DNA of 63,964 bases, filler included, from Octopus bimaculoides (GCF_001194135.2; 4 parts of 3 records of this genome joined end to end with filler, not necessarily neighbours in it), one strand, 5' to 3'. Shown: positions 1 through 14,034, counted from the first letter of the whole stretch. Numbers and translations are program-made. The notes: generated by a model from the letters alone, not told the origin.

Positions 1-107
1 TTTAAATTTTCATATTCAAAAGAGACAGAGACTTCAAATTCGATATATCGATTTATTCGATATATCGAATTTGAAGTCTCTGTCTCTTTTGAATATGAAA
101 ATTTAAA
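1..107. repeat. Perfect inverted repeat: 51-bp arms, 5-nt loop (may extend left of the window)
   Basis: 1-51 is the exact reverse complement of 57-107; loop TTTAT. Confidence 0.95.
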
Positions 108-1019
108 AGTTAAAAACCTTATAATATAAATATAAACTGTGAGAACAACCCTTAAGGAATCTAGTTAATGATCTCCTAAGGAAAGTTCTTATGCTATATT
201 GGTAACGGTTGCTACATCCTCTGGAAAATTATTATATATATATATATATGTATGTATGTATGTATACATATGCGTATATATATATGTACATATATGTGTG
301 TGTGTGTAACCAGATGAAATTGCAAAGATAATCTGGAACTCGACTGAGGAAAGATTAATTAAAATATAGTTTATTTTTGAAATAAAAAAAGTTAATTATA
401 CTTAAATCCAATTTTTTGCCGTATATTTTTTTGCATATTTTACCTCACAACATTTTCATACTAATTTTTGTTGCATGGGACCAAAATCTATGAAATTCTT
501 CATGCCTTCTTCTATCAACGAAGCTAAGATAAATATATTTTGCTTTTAAAATAAAAATATTATTTAGATGTAAACTTGATTGGAGGTGTTACTTACTCTC
601 TTATAACATTGCTACAAATTTTGATGTAAACTTTTTTCTACTGGACCAAGCCTCAATTTTTTTACCCAAAATATAGCTAGGGACCATTCCTCTTCAAAAA
701 TGTCACCAGTTTTCAATTTGGTTAAGAACTGAATTAGCAACAAGCTCTGAAAGAAGCTGCATGTGAGAAAATTGCGGCCTTAAAAATATTATCCAACTGC
801 TACCGGAGTTGAATGATATATCTATGCGTGTGTGTGTGTCTCTGTGTCAGTGTTTGTCCTCCACCTTAACAACTGGTGTTGGTTTATTTACATCTTAGTA
901 ACATAACAGTTTGGCAAAAGAGACCAACAGAATAAGTATCAGGCTTAAAAAAATTACTGGAGTCGATGCATTTGACTTATAAAAGAGAACTATTTTAAAT
1001 GTCATTGTTTTCAACTTAC

Positions 1020-1145
1020 TGATCTATCACAGACTGTTGGAACAAAGTCATATCCAATGCCTTCAACTTCATAAAAAGTTGTGTCAGTTTTGTTTAATTC
1101 TTCTGGTTCAGCTAGAATAGAACCTTCTGGATCAACTCCAATGAT
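1020..1145 (-). CDS. CBS: CBS coding exon 8 (gene continues beyond window start)
   Basis: [42 protein letters not shown]; ttgtag / gtaagt; 126 bp. Confidence 0.96.
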
Positions 1146-1609
1146 CTACAAACAGAAGAGTAAATGAGTCAATAAATCTCCAGGATTGAAATGGCATGGT
1201 AAGGTCAGAGTCAAATAATAACGAGGGAGAGAGGGAGGGAGAGAGAGAGAGAGAGNNNNNNNNNNNNNNNNNNNNNNNNNNNNNNNNNNNNNAGGGAGGG
1301 AGAGAGGGAGGGAGAGAGAGAGAGGGACGGAGGGAGGGACGGACGGAGAGAGAGAGCAAGCAAAGTAGTAAACAGTGAAACATTTAGAAGAGTAAAAATA
1401 GTTTTAAGTAAAAGTGAGGGGGATCCTCATGAGAAAGAATAATTGATGTAAAATATAGGAAAAGTTGAGAATAGAAATATCTTTGCATTTATATAATTGC
1501 TAACTTTATTATTTAGCTATTTTGCCTGGGAACAATTTCAAATAATTAATTCTCACATTTAAATGGCTACCTTCCATTCAATTTGCAACATCAAGTGACA
1601 GGACAGAGT

Positions 1610-2065
1610 ATCCAACACAGGTTCTGGAAAGATGTGATATTCTAGGCATAAAGAGTTTCCATACCAAAGGCCAACTGTTGTTGGTTGTCCATGTAGCCTG
1701 CATGGAAGACATAAGCTTGTCTAAAGCCCCCTTTTATAGTCAGCTTAGCTTTGGTGTCAGGCACCAAGGTCACCCACTGCTCCATTATAAGAACACTCTA
1801 AAGACTTGGTGGAAAATCTGCAAGAGAAACTTGAAGACATGGGAACTGGAGGCACTAAACTGAGCTCATAGAAGCTCTTGCTACCAAGGCATTTCCAACT
1901 TGAAGCAGCCAAGATTAATGCCCTGAAGGAGAAAATAGCCTGACACAGAGCTGGGTTCAGTCTACTTCCAAATGACGAAAACCACTTATGCAATGTAGAC
2001 AACCAGATGTGCCTGAATTCCCACAAGAGATGGCACAACAAAACATTGAACCCTCATTCATCAAA
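1610..2065 (+). mobile_element. BovB-like RTE LINE 3' fragment
   Basis: HVACMEDISLSKAPFYSQLSFGVRHQGHPLLHYKNTLK...TWE...EAAKINALKEK...NSHKRWH, matching the RTE/BovB C-terminal pattern. Confidence 0.65.
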
Positions 2066-2234
2066 ACAATAAGGGAATCCAGTCCAGCTTAATTCTTTGA
2101 GGTTTTATGTTGCTAAACTGGTAGTGTAGATTAATTACTACTAACCAGCAATTTGACTACCATTTTTAAAAATTGATTAGATATATTAAATATCTGTGCA
2201 AAACTATATTTTTCTTCTGTTCAGATATACTCAC

Positions 2235-2326
2235 TTGACAGTTTGGACATTTTTCCTTAATCTTTCGGGCAACACCTGTAATTGTACCTCCAGTTCCAGC
2301 TCCCATAACAAGCATGTCAATTTTAC
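2235..2326 (-). CDS. CBS: CBS coding exon 7 (GTGGT phosphate-binding loop)
   Basis: (G)[30 protein letters not shown]; tttcag / gtgagt; 92 bp. Confidence 0.96.
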
Positions 2327-3454
2327 CTGAAAAAGTCAAAGTGACAATGTCAGATTAGTGATATTTGCACTCGCGTCAATTAAGTCCGAATAAAATGAAG
2401 AGAAAAATTAGTCCAACTGGTTATGGCTTACATCTCTGCTACTATCTAAATTTAGACAGTAAATATCATTAATGTGTGTGTGTGTGAGCATGTGCACATG
2501 TGTGCGCATGCATGTGTGTGTGTGTGCATGCATGTGTGTGTGTGTGCATGTGCACATGCATGTGCATGAGCATGCATGTGTGTGTGCACAAGCATGTGTG
2601 TGTGTGAGTGTGTATATTTGTATATTTACTTTTCTTTTTTGAGTAACACAACCATTTGAAGCTGTTGAATTTGTTTCAGATTATATGATTTACTTTCAAA
2701 TCATTCTACATGAGCTCTAATTATTAAATTATTCTACAAGGGCTGGAGTGATTTTGCTAATTTTTAACTATTGAAAAGTTTGTTCTTCTGTGCTCTTTGT
2801 CTCATGATGCTCGACTAATGTTCAAATTAATTTTCTCCTTTTTCACGTTAGTAAATCTAGTCTTGACTTTACCAACCACACAAAAATATTTCTGCACATG
2901 TTGTATGCACTGGGTACTAAGTATTGACTTTCTATCCTACCATTTGTCAAGGCATCAAGCAAGACCACTTCCCAGGTGGCTCTGGGATTCAGGTTTTCTT
3001 GCATAACAACCACTTTAGTCTTTCATATACTGACTTTTAGGCTGCTTAAACTATTATCCAAGATTTGGAATCTTTACTTCAACTTTTGAACAGATTCTGC
3101 CATTAGAACTAGATCATCAGCTTCATTGTTAGGATGATCAGTCCTCTTGAACTATTGCATTCTCAAGGACCAGAATGAATAAAAGGTAGACAAAGAACCA
3201 GATTTTGTGTACAGACTTATTTTCAAAATACTTCATCACCAATCCTACCTAATCTTGCAAACACCATTCTCATACATGACTTTCACAACTTTTACTAATC
3301 ATCAATCTACATTTAGTTCACTGGGTGTTCACTAAAATGAAGTTTCACCTATAGAGGGATCATTTATCCAATACCTTTAGCATATCAATCTGAGAACAAA
3401 ATTTTCTCTAAGTGTTTTTATATGTAAAAGGGAAAGACAAATCAACAAACTTAC

Positions 3455-3524
3455 CATCTGTATCTCGTAAAATTTCTTCAGCAGTGCCATCATAATGTGC
3501 AACTGGATTCATGGCATTACGATA
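3455..3524 (-). CDS. CBS: CBS coding exon 6
   Basis: [23 protein letters not shown](G); tttcag / gtaagt; 70 bp. Confidence 0.96.
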
Positions 3525-3575
3525 CTGAAATATATATGAAATATATATATATACACATACATACATACATACACT

Positions 3576-3615
<40 letters not shown>

Positions 3616-4599
3616 TATATACATACACTTACATATACATATATACACACACATATATATACATACACACACATATATATATATACACATACAATAAGGG
3701 TGGTGCTACTGAACACTATCATTTTTGTTTTATTTTTTGTTTTCTTTAATACACACACACATATGTATAAAATACACTTTAATTGAAATAAAGTTTACCC
3801 AAAATTAAACATATCTAATTTAATAAATGTGAATGTCAGTGTGTCACACTTTTCAACTTTAATAAATCCTTTCTACTGGAAGCACAAGGCCTCGAATTTT
3901 GGGGGAAGGGATTAAGTCGATTACGTTTACCCCAGTATGTAACTGGTACAAATTCTATTGACCCCCCCAAAAAGGATGAAAGGCAAAGTCGAACTCAGTA
4001 GAATTCGAACTCAAAACCTAACGGCGGACGAAATACCACTAAGCATTTCAGCCTGCATGCTAACAATTCTGTCAACTCATCTCCTTAATATAATATAATA
4101 AATATAATGTCAGTGTGTCAGTGTGTAGCACTTTTTCAACTTTACTCCTAGAGGCCATATCCTAACATATCATACCATTTTGGACTCAGGCTGACTCCGT
4201 GAGTAAATTAAAAACATTCCGGGCTGCATCCGGACCCACAATCCTGAAATTTTGGATTCTCAAGTTTTCATTACTCTGATTGTTTTCGGCAGTTTTTTTA
4301 TGTGACTTTTTGTGACACTTTATCATACACACATTCATGTGTATCTATATGTGTGTGTGTGTGCGTGTGCGTCTATATATGAATATGAATATATGGGTTG
4401 CTTGTCCATGCATCGTCTTTCCCCTCCCCCTAATCCTTGTCAATCTGTTTACTCCACTCCTTGTAAAGTTTATGCTGGTGTAGATATACATATAATATCT
4501 ACATGTCCATAACTATACAATCCTACCTAGTAAAGTTATGCTAATGTAGATATACAAACAATATCTAGCTGTGTGGGTATATCTACGCATGTTCATATC

Positions 4600-5130
4600 A
4601 ATAAAACCTCCTCTCCGTCTTCTCCCACTGTGTTGATCTGCCATTCTCTTTCTCTCTCTGATAAATCTCCTTGTCTCTCAGTTCCTCTCTTCCCCCCCCC
4701 CCATTTCCCTCACACCTGTCTCGCTTCCCTTTCTTATCTCCCTCTCTGTTGATCTGCCATTCTCTTTCTCTCTTTGGTAAATCTGTCTCTCATTTCCTCT
4801 CTCTGCCCTCCCCATTTCACTCTCACTCTCTTGCACCTCTGTCTCACTCCCTTTCTCTCAGGTAAATCTCCTTGTCTCTCAGTTCCTCTCTCTGCCCCAC
4901 CCATTTCACTCACTCTCTCTTGCACCCCTGTTTTGCTCTTTCTTTCTTACTCTATGTCCACCCTGCACTGACCTACCATCTTCTTTCCCTCTCAGGTCAA
5001 TCTCCTTGTCTCTCCTCTCTGTTCCTCTATTTCGCTCTCTCTCTCCCTCTTTCCCCTGTATCCCTCTCAGGTCAATCTCCTCATCTCTCTATCCCACTAT
5101 TTCACTTTCCCCCTCCCTCTCTTGCCCCAT
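4600..5130. repeat. CT-rich degenerate minisatellite
   Basis: Recurrent modules gttgatctgccattctctttctctct and (t/c)aaatctccttgtctctc. Confidence 0.7.
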
Positions 5131-6129
5131 ATCTCTAGTAAAGATATTATGGAATTGGTCAACAAAAGAGCTGGAATTGTTCATGCATGCTTGGATGATT
5201 GCCAAAGGTGACCCACCCAACAACATCATTGCAGCAGCACTTGAAAGTAATGATTTTCCCATAAACCACAGTCCAGATAGAGTAGAAGAAACGTGAATTC
5301 CTCCTTTCTTATGCTCTAATCAGACAGCATATAGACACCCTTGACATCATCCTGGGAGGTAACTGAACCAAGGATGACAAAAAGGATGGAGAAAGCTTCC
5401 AGGGTCCAACAGTCCCTCAAAAGAACAAAACAAAAGTCACGACTGAGGGACTACAAATGAGGGAAATGATATTGGTCCAGCCCCCAACACGTCAAAAGAC
5501 CAAAGAGGTGTGAGAGCTGACAGAGGAAAAAATGAACATAAACCCAACAGAAAAATAGCATTCAGCCAACACATCAACATTTGCACCAGTAACAAAAATC
5601 CAAGCTTCAGAATTTTTCCCCTCTATCAATTCAGGGACGATACAACCTATAGTCAATGAATTAGTAAAGAGTTGTTCTTTATCACAAAATACAAACTACT
5701 TTTGAACACATATACAACAGTAGAGGTTATGAAATTACATCCTAGATATGTATGTAGTATTACAATATGGAATGCATTTTTACATTGTATAGGGCTTGTG
5801 ATTGTTCAGAGCTCAAGTAGTATCTGGCTCTGAGGAGAAAGTCTGGCCTTTAGTATTCTATAATGTTAATACATGATCATTATGAGAGATCATCATACAT
5901 TGAGATATAGCATATATAGGAACTGTGAAAGTTTTAAGTGTGCATTTAAGAGAAAAGCATGCATTTCTTTAATATGTACATTAACTGTACCTTTGTGCTA
6001 TTGAATAAGACTCATGCTGTTGTTGACTTGTCCCCTTACACTAAATCATTGAGTGCCCTTCCTTATGCCTAACCCACTTCAGCCCATTGCTTTGTCTCTA
6101 CTTTAGCCAATGATGATGAAAATATTTAC

Positions 6130-6264
6130 CTGATCAAGGATATGTGCATTTGGAATTTCTTCCATTAAACGGCGAGCCACACCAATGTGAGATTCTGGTG
6201 AATCAAATGCTGCACTGGTAGGGGTTCTCACAATTTCAGCACCAAGACCACGGAGGACGTCAAC
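6130..6264 (-). CDS. CBS: CBS coding exon 5
   Basis: [45 protein letters not shown]; atgtag / gtaaat; 135 bp. Confidence 0.96.
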
Positions 6265-7087
6265 CTACATATAAAAGCTATATGGTTCAAAATGTACAGA
6301 AAACAAAAAAAAAAAACACAAGTCAGAGGCAAATGAGAGAACAACAAACAAGGTGCGATGCTCAGGTAAATGGAAGAATTTTTGATGCTTCAAGCCTACA
6401 TTCTTCAGAAGGGAATGAAAACAGAAAAAAAATGTCTGTATTAACAATCTCACATGTTGAATTGATGGGTAGGAAGTGGTTGGTGGCAAGGGAGACAACA
6501 GTAACCTGTAGCATTGGGCCTCATGGAGGTAATGACAGGTGACTAAGACCTCTGGTGATATACCATGCTGGTGTAGACCTGTCAAGCCAAGTAAGATCAT
6601 AATCATGACTGATGCTGGTGTCATGTCAATGGCACCCATGCTAGTGGCACATAAAAAGCACCCACTACACTCTTGGAGTAGTTGGCATTAGGAAGGGCAT
6701 CCAGTCGTAGAAACTTTGCCAAATCAGATTGGAACCTGGAGCAGCTCCCTGGCTTACCATTTTTCAGTCAAACCATTTAACCCATGCCAGCATGGAAAGC
6801 AGACATTAAACGATGATGATGGTGGTTTACAGATAAATTGACTCAGGCATTTACAGTAAAATATATCAGCATTACAATGCAGTAGTAATGACAACATGTG
6901 AACTATCAAACTTTTGGGCATCACAGCAATTGTTGTAATCCTCTCTGACCAAGACTTCATATAAACAAACTATTAAACAACTTAGTAAGAGTGCATAGAT
7001 ACTTATTTATGTTCAACTTTCTGGAAAAACTTAAATAAAACAGTCAAAATATTGTGTTTTAAGTGAAAAATTATGTAACAAACTAAC

Positions 7088-7167
7088 TTTTTCTGTACTC
7101 ATTTTCTCTGGCAACACTATGATGCACCGGTAGCCTTTGACTGCTGCAGAAAGAGCAATACCAATTC
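7088..7167 (-). CDS. CBS: CBS coding exon 4
   Basis: (G)[26 protein letters not shown]; ttttag / gttagt; 80 bp. Confidence 0.96.
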
Positions 7168-8013
7168 CTAAAAAACAAAATAAATTATTATTACATAGAG
7201 AGATGAAAAGGCCCTAATAATGAAATAATTTCTAGTTAATTTTTTTTTTGTGTCACCTGCATTAAATGTTATAACTAATTTCATTACTGTTTCTCATTTG
7301 GAGAGTGTTTCTTAATTACTTATTCTTCTAGACAATTATATATTTTTTTATATGCAAACCATTGCACAATCTTCTACAGTTACTTTGTGATTCTTTCACA
7401 CAACTTCAGTGAATAGTGTCAAGGTTTTTTTTAAAGATGAGGTCATGATAAGATTGAAACATGCTTGAAGTTGTCCTCCATGTATGCTAGTAAAATGAAA
7501 ATAATATTAGTCAGTAACTAATATTGATTTTTTTTTCTCTCACAATATATTTATTTCTGTTTTCTTTTTTTTAAGCTTCCTGCATTAAATATATTAACAT
7601 TAACTTAAACATTGTTTTTCATTTTGTTTATTTCAAATCTTCTCTGAAAAACATGTCTGACCATAGGGAAATATTACCTTGCTTAGAAACAGGTGAGGGT
7701 TGGTGTCAGGAAGGGCATCTAACCATAGAAAAACTGCCTCAGCAAATTCTGTTTGACCCATGCAAGCAAGAAAAAGTGGACGCTAAAAGATGATGATGAT
7801 GGTGCATCTAAGTAACTTATTCACAAAACCATTTTACTTTCCAAAAATAACTCACCCACCCAGCCACGTCCCCCTCTCTCAGACAAAGAGCAGAAACCTG
7901 AAATGTCAGATTGTTTACTCTTCACATGTTAACTTATCAAACTCTTCCACAAACTTTTCAATCAAGCCAAGGCAAGGAAAATAAAATAAACACCACCACC
8001 ACCAATAATAATA

Positions 8014-8049
<36 letters not shown>

Positions 8050-8924
8050 ATAGTAGTTTCCTTTATTAGCCACAGGGACATAAGTGAGGGGGACATCACA
8101 AGGACCAAAAACAATTTTTGTAGGGATTTACATATAGGATGGTGAGAAAGAAAAGTCAGTGAAATGTAAAAAATATATATATAGTATACAAGGTATGTGA
8201 TAACATGAGGGATGCAGTCCTTCTGATGCAGGAGTAACTGAAAACAGGGCCAATCAAGGAACCCCACAAATCCAGGATTACCCTGACCACCAAAAGTACA
8301 AGCCCTCTCTCCAGCTCTTCAATCTACAGACACATACTTAGTGGAGGGTCATTCCCACTAACCATTTCACCAGAGTCATCTATCTTTTCACAAATTCACT
8401 GGGAGGGAGCACTTACTTTCCTTTCCAAGTGGAAAGAGAAAGTCAATCATTAGCATTAGTTTTCAGTCTAAAATAAAAATTGTTCTTGTACATTTACTTA
8501 GTGATTCATGCATCACTATTTCAGCAAGTACTATGAAGATATTACTTTTAATATAGGAATGAACTGGAGAGAATCTTATTCTTTGCTCACTAAAGACGGG
8601 TGAATAAAAAAAAAAGAATTTCGGTCTGCAACATTAGATGTTCAGTATTGTTGACAGGCCAAATAAAATGAAGCTTTGAGTAATAGTTTGTTGGCCCCTG
8701 CTGTATATGATCACTTAAGCTGCTACAAATAGCAGTTTGAGCATCATATCTCCCTCCAAGATACACCATCTTACAAATAAAAATGAGATGGTCATAACTG
8801 GAATGTCTTTGATCATAGGTGTGTTTGATCAGGGTTGAAGCAGATCAAAATACATCAATGTATTTACTAGATAATTATCTGAAATGAAATAAATAAAAAA
8901 AGATATGTAAAATGTGAATCTGAC

Positions 8925-9059
8925 CTGTGTTTCCTGATGTAGGTTCAATCAAAACATCTCCAGATTTCAAGTAGCCCTTCTCTTCAGCTTCCTCTACCAT
9001 GCGCAAGCCAATCCTATCTTTTACACTGCCACCAGAATTAAAGAATTCACACTTGGCCA
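8925..9059 (-). CDS. CBS: CBS coding exon 3 (PLP Schiff-base lysine)
   Basis: [46 protein letters not shown]; tttcag acceptor, gtcaga donor; 135 bp. Confidence 0.96.
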
Positions 9060-11707
9060 CTGAAACCAATGAAAAGAAAGGTCCATTATAATGTGGCAGA
9101 AACATTCAGTTAAAATTCTAAGGTTCTAGGAAACAGAAAAAGAAAAGTAAAAATTCAATTAACATGCAAAACAATAAGAATATAAAAGAACAAAAGAATA
9201 TTTAAATGGGTTTTGCTAGATTTTTAAAATTGTTTCTATATTAAAAATTGACAGAAATTTTTCTCAAAAGTCTTATCAAATTCTTTATAAAAGTTTCAAT
9301 CAGAAACTGACTGAACCTTTTAACAAAGACAAGCAATTACATTAACCCTTTTGAAAGCAATCTACTTGAGACTGATATTTTGTTAGAAAGTCATTGGTTT
9401 TAAAGCGTTCATATGTATATTAAAGACATTCATGATTTTTAGGCACAGGCCAGGCTGTGAAGTCAAGAAGTTTGATGTGACTTTGGGTTTAATCCTACTG
9501 CATAGATCCTTGACAAAGTGTTTTCTACCATAGCTCTGGACTAACCAAAACCCTGTGAGTATATTTGGTAGATGGAAGTTGTAAGAAGCCCTTTGATTAT
9601 ATATTGGTTTCAAATTTTGGCACAAGGCCAGCAAGTTCCTGGAAGGGAGTAAGTCAATTACATCACCCAATGTTCGACTGGTACTTGTTTTATTGACCCC
9701 AAAAGGATGAAAGGTAAAGTTGACTTCAGGGGAATTTGAATTCAGAACATAAAGATAGATGAAATGCTGCTAAGCATTCTGACTGGCATGCTAACAATTC
9801 TGCCAGTTCACTGCCTTACTCTTTTGAATATATACTAGAAACAACACAGATTTGAGAAGACTCTTCAGTATTGAGAGTGAAGGGCAAGGCAACCTCTACA
9901 CAGTTGGTATGATGACAAAAATGCTCCCAGTACATTTTGTAAATTAGTTGGTGTTAGGAAGCCATAGAAACCAAACCAGAACTGAGAACTTGTTGAAGCC
10001 TGTCAAACCATCCAAACCATGCCAGCATGAAAAGAAGATACAAAATGAGAACGTTGATTGATGTATAGATGAATGTGAATGTGCAAAAATGAAAACAAAA
10101 AACAAAAACAATGATGTTGACCTTCCTTGTTAACATTATGACCATAGCTCTATGCTTCCTAACTATTCTGGAATTCAAAAAATCCCTTACTTAAAAGAAA
10201 AACAGTTAAGGATTGGTAATAAGAGCATCTGGTCATAAAATCTTAAATTAAAATCAATTTTCATCCAAGCTCTACTAGCATGGAAAAACAGACATTAAAC
10301 AAACAAATGAACAGATGTTCCAAACACCAGTTTAATATTTCAATACATGTAAAAAGTTATTTATTAAATTCATCAAAATTATTGATTATATTAAAAATTA
10401 ATTAAAACATGCAGGAACAGGCATGGCTGTGTGATTAGGAAACTCACTTTGCAACCATCTAGTTTTGGGTTCAGTTCCTATGACACTTTGGGCAAGAGTC
10501 TTCTGTTATAGCCCCATGCTGATCAATGCCTTGTGAGTGAATTTGGTGAATGGAAACTGTGAGGAATACCATCATAGCTATGTATGTAAGTGTGTGTGTT
10601 GCTGTGTTTGTCCCCTTCATTACATGACAACCAGTGTTAGTTTATTTATGTCCCTGTAACTTAGTGGTTCAGCAAAAGTGACCAAGAGAATAATGCCAGA
10701 CTCAAAAAAAAGTACTCTGGTTGATTTATTCCACCAAACCCACAACATGGCTGCAATTCAATGACAGAAACAAGATAAAAGATATCAGCAATGTATTTCA
10801 TTAGAAATACAATTAGAAAAAGATTAAGGAAATTGTTTTTAAGAATACCTTTTACCACTTCAAGCATAACTTATACATTATTACTATGCAAATAAGGAAA
10901 TATTCTTAGGAGATATAGGCACCATTAAGTGAGACTGTTGAAGTTTCTTAAATGTAAAGTATTCTTTCTTATAATCTGGCATAAAAATAAAATAACAATC
11001 TGCAAGGCCTAATTGCAGTTAAAAAAGGAGTCTGGAGGGAATAATAGATGTTATTGCCAGAAATATGACACAAGCAAATTCAAAAAGCAACAATAATATA
11101 AATAATAATTTCTGCTTCGAGCACAAGGGGAGCAAATTGGGGTAAGCGTTAGTTGATCGAATTAGTCCCCATGCTTGACTAGTACTTCACAGATCCAGAA
11201 GAATAAAAGTTGGCTTTGATGAGATTTGAGTTCAAAACGCAAAGGATTTTTGTCAATTCATCATCATCATCATTATCATTTAACATCTGTTTTTCCATGC
11301 TGGCATGGGTTGGAAGGCTTGACAGGATCCAACAAGCTGCAGAGCTGTACTAAGTTCCTGTGTCAGCTATGGCATGCTTTCTATGGCTGGATGTCCTTTC
11401 TAATGCCAACCACATTACAGTGTGTATTGAGTGCTTTTTCTTATGCTACCAGCACTAGCAGCATTGCCAAGTAACTTACAAGACATTGTTATGATCAGAC
11501 AAATTAATAATGTAAGAAAAAGGGGTAAACTTCTGATCGCAACAACAAAGTGTTCAAACAGGGAAGTAAATGTCCATATATGGAGATTATGTTCAGTCTC
11601 AATGGTTTCAAGGTAGATAGTGAATGGTCCGACCCGTATGCAGCTCCGTCTCTCGTTCTGGTTCTATTCACGCCAAGCTCTCGCTGTCTTCCCCACTCAT
11701 CTTTTTT

Positions 11708-11789
11708 ACAGGAAGTATGAGATTACCTGCCTTGCTCATTAACAGGAAGTGAACGAGGTTACCTGTCTCGTACTATACTAACTTCCTGT
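11708..11789. promoter_or_regulatory. Cluster of three ETS-type ACAGGAAGT motifs in CBS intron 2
   Basis: Exact 9-mer at 11708 (+), 11742 (+, ACAGGAAGTG) and 11781 (-) in a locally CpG-richer segment. Confidence 0.35.
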
Positions 11790-13284
11790 ATATATATATT
11801 TGGTTATCCATACCAACGTTATTTCATTTCTGCCAAACAGTCATTGACAAACGTTTATCTCGCCATCTTTGGAAACTATAGGGTAAGTTCTCACCCTTCT
11901 TTATATTATAGATATACATAACAACATGACAAGAAAAAGAACAAGGAAAAGGAAAAAGCTCTCACTTCAAAGTATGTACGGGAGGAGTATTTGAGAAGGG
12001 GAGGTGGCTTTATGTCATATGTTGAGAAGCTAAAGTATGATAGAGGGATATATAATCTATTAAGCCAGCCTTAATACTAGGCTACTTCTTTTGCCTATCA
12101 TCTCCTGAAGAATGAAAGACAAAATTGACCTTGGCAAGATTCAAATTCAGAACATAAAAAGCAATAACAAAAATGAAATGTTGGAGCAGATATTCAATAC
12201 CACAAAGTTAGATTTTACCTTGTAACTCTATATGCAAATTAGAGGTTAAAAACTTATTAAGACTTAAACTGGCTAATATTTGCATAGTACAAAATTTATA
12301 ATAATTAACATTTAGTTATGTGCAGGAATGGCTGCAACCACATGGTTTTGAGTTCAGTCCCAGTGTGAGGCACTTCAGGCAAGTGTCTTCTACAATAACA
12401 CTTATAGCTCCCAGCTCTGAGCCTGCCAATGTCTTGAGAGGGAATTTGCTTGACGGAACACGTAGAAGCCCATTGTATACATGTATATCTATGTATGTGT
12501 GGGTTTGTGTTTGCCCCTGCCCAACCGCTTGACAACCAATATTAGTTTGTTTACATCCCTGGTACTTTAATAGTTCAGCAAAAGACTGATGGAATAAATA
12601 CCACATTTAACAGGGGGGGGGGAACATGTACTGGGATCAATTAGTTCAATAAAACCCTTCAAGACAGTGCCCCAGCACTGTCAGAATCCAATAACTAAAT
12701 TCTCGAACATTTACTATTCTTTATTCTTTTCTTCTACTGGTTTCTGTCATTTGACTGTGGTCATGCTGGATCACTGCATTAAAGGGTTTTAGTCAAAGAA
12801 TTTGACCCCTAGTACTTATTTTACCACCCCTTTTACCAAACTGCTAAGAGGGCATAAACACACCAATATCAGTTGTCAAGTGATGGCAGGAGGATGTACA
12901 ACGGGCTTCTCTCAGTTTCTGTCTACCAAATCCACTCAAGGCTTTGGTCAGTGCAAGGCTATAGTAGAAGACACTTGCCGAAGGTGCCATGCAGTGAGAC
13001 ATAACATGATTGGGAAGCAAGCTTCTTACCACACAGCCATACCTGTGCCTCTATTTAGATCTATTGAAGCAATAGTGTACAGTCATTCAGTACAGAAAGC
13101 TCAAGGTTAATGATGCTAAACCTTGTTGATTCAACAAACTTCATCTTTTATAAAATGGATTTGCTCTCAAACATGTCCAAACATATTCTGTCTATCAGAA
13201 CTATTGCTGTAAGTGTATACTTAATGAACTGCAAAAGAGTGTTTGATGGATACCAAAAATTAAAGAAAATATTTAGATACTTAC

Positions 13285-13391
13285 AGACTTCACACTTCAC
13301 TCCTTCGTTCTGAGTAATTCTGTTTATTCTCACCAAAGGCGTGTTACCAATATTCTGTAGAATGGTATCCATAATTTTGGGACGGGGTTTA
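13285..13391 (-). CDS. CBS: CBS coding exon 2
   Basis: tttgcag|T-KPRPKIMDTILQNIGNTPLVRINRITQNEGVKCEV-T|gtaagt; 107 bp; frame continuous with both neighbours. Confidence 0.95.
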
Positions 13392-13932
13392 CTGCAAACA
13401 ATGATGTAAATAAATCAAAATAAAATAAGATTTTAACAATCAAGACAAAACTTTTCAAATGTTAATGCCATTAAAATATTTATTATTTCTGTAAAATTCA
13501 ACACAAGATTTGCACCATAAATTAAACATGCATGGTGATCATCATCATCATCGTTTAACATCTGCTTTCCATGCTAGCATGGGCTGGACGATTTGACTGA
13601 GGACTGGTGAACCAGGTGGCTACACCAGGCTCCAATCTGATTTGGCAGAGTTTCTACAACTGGATGCCCTTCCTAACGTACAAATAAAAGGTAAATATAA
13701 TACATGAAATAGAGTTTATGTATTTGAAGTTAGATATTGACAATTATCATTTTGACATCCACTGTTCCATGCTTGCATGGGTTGGATGGAGTTTATTGAA
13801 GCAAATTTTCATGGTTAGATCCCTTCTTCTTGTCAACCCTCACCTGTTTCCAAGCAAGGTAATGTTTCCGCATGGTTAGACACGACTTTGCAGAATGTTG
13901 TTTGACAGTGACGCACATTTACAATAATTACA

Positions 13933-13950
13933 TGATATCATGACAAGGAG

Positions 13951-14032
<82 letters not shown>
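13933..14032. repeat. (CA)n microsatellite, representative of many (CA, TA, GATA, TATG, CAT, AAT, AGT arrays)
   Basis: Direct inspection; others at ~22683 (GATA), 41900-42024 (CGT to CAT), 52036-52142 (TA to TG), 53010-53090 (AGC to AGT). Confidence 0.95.
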
Positions 14033-14034
<2 letters not shown>

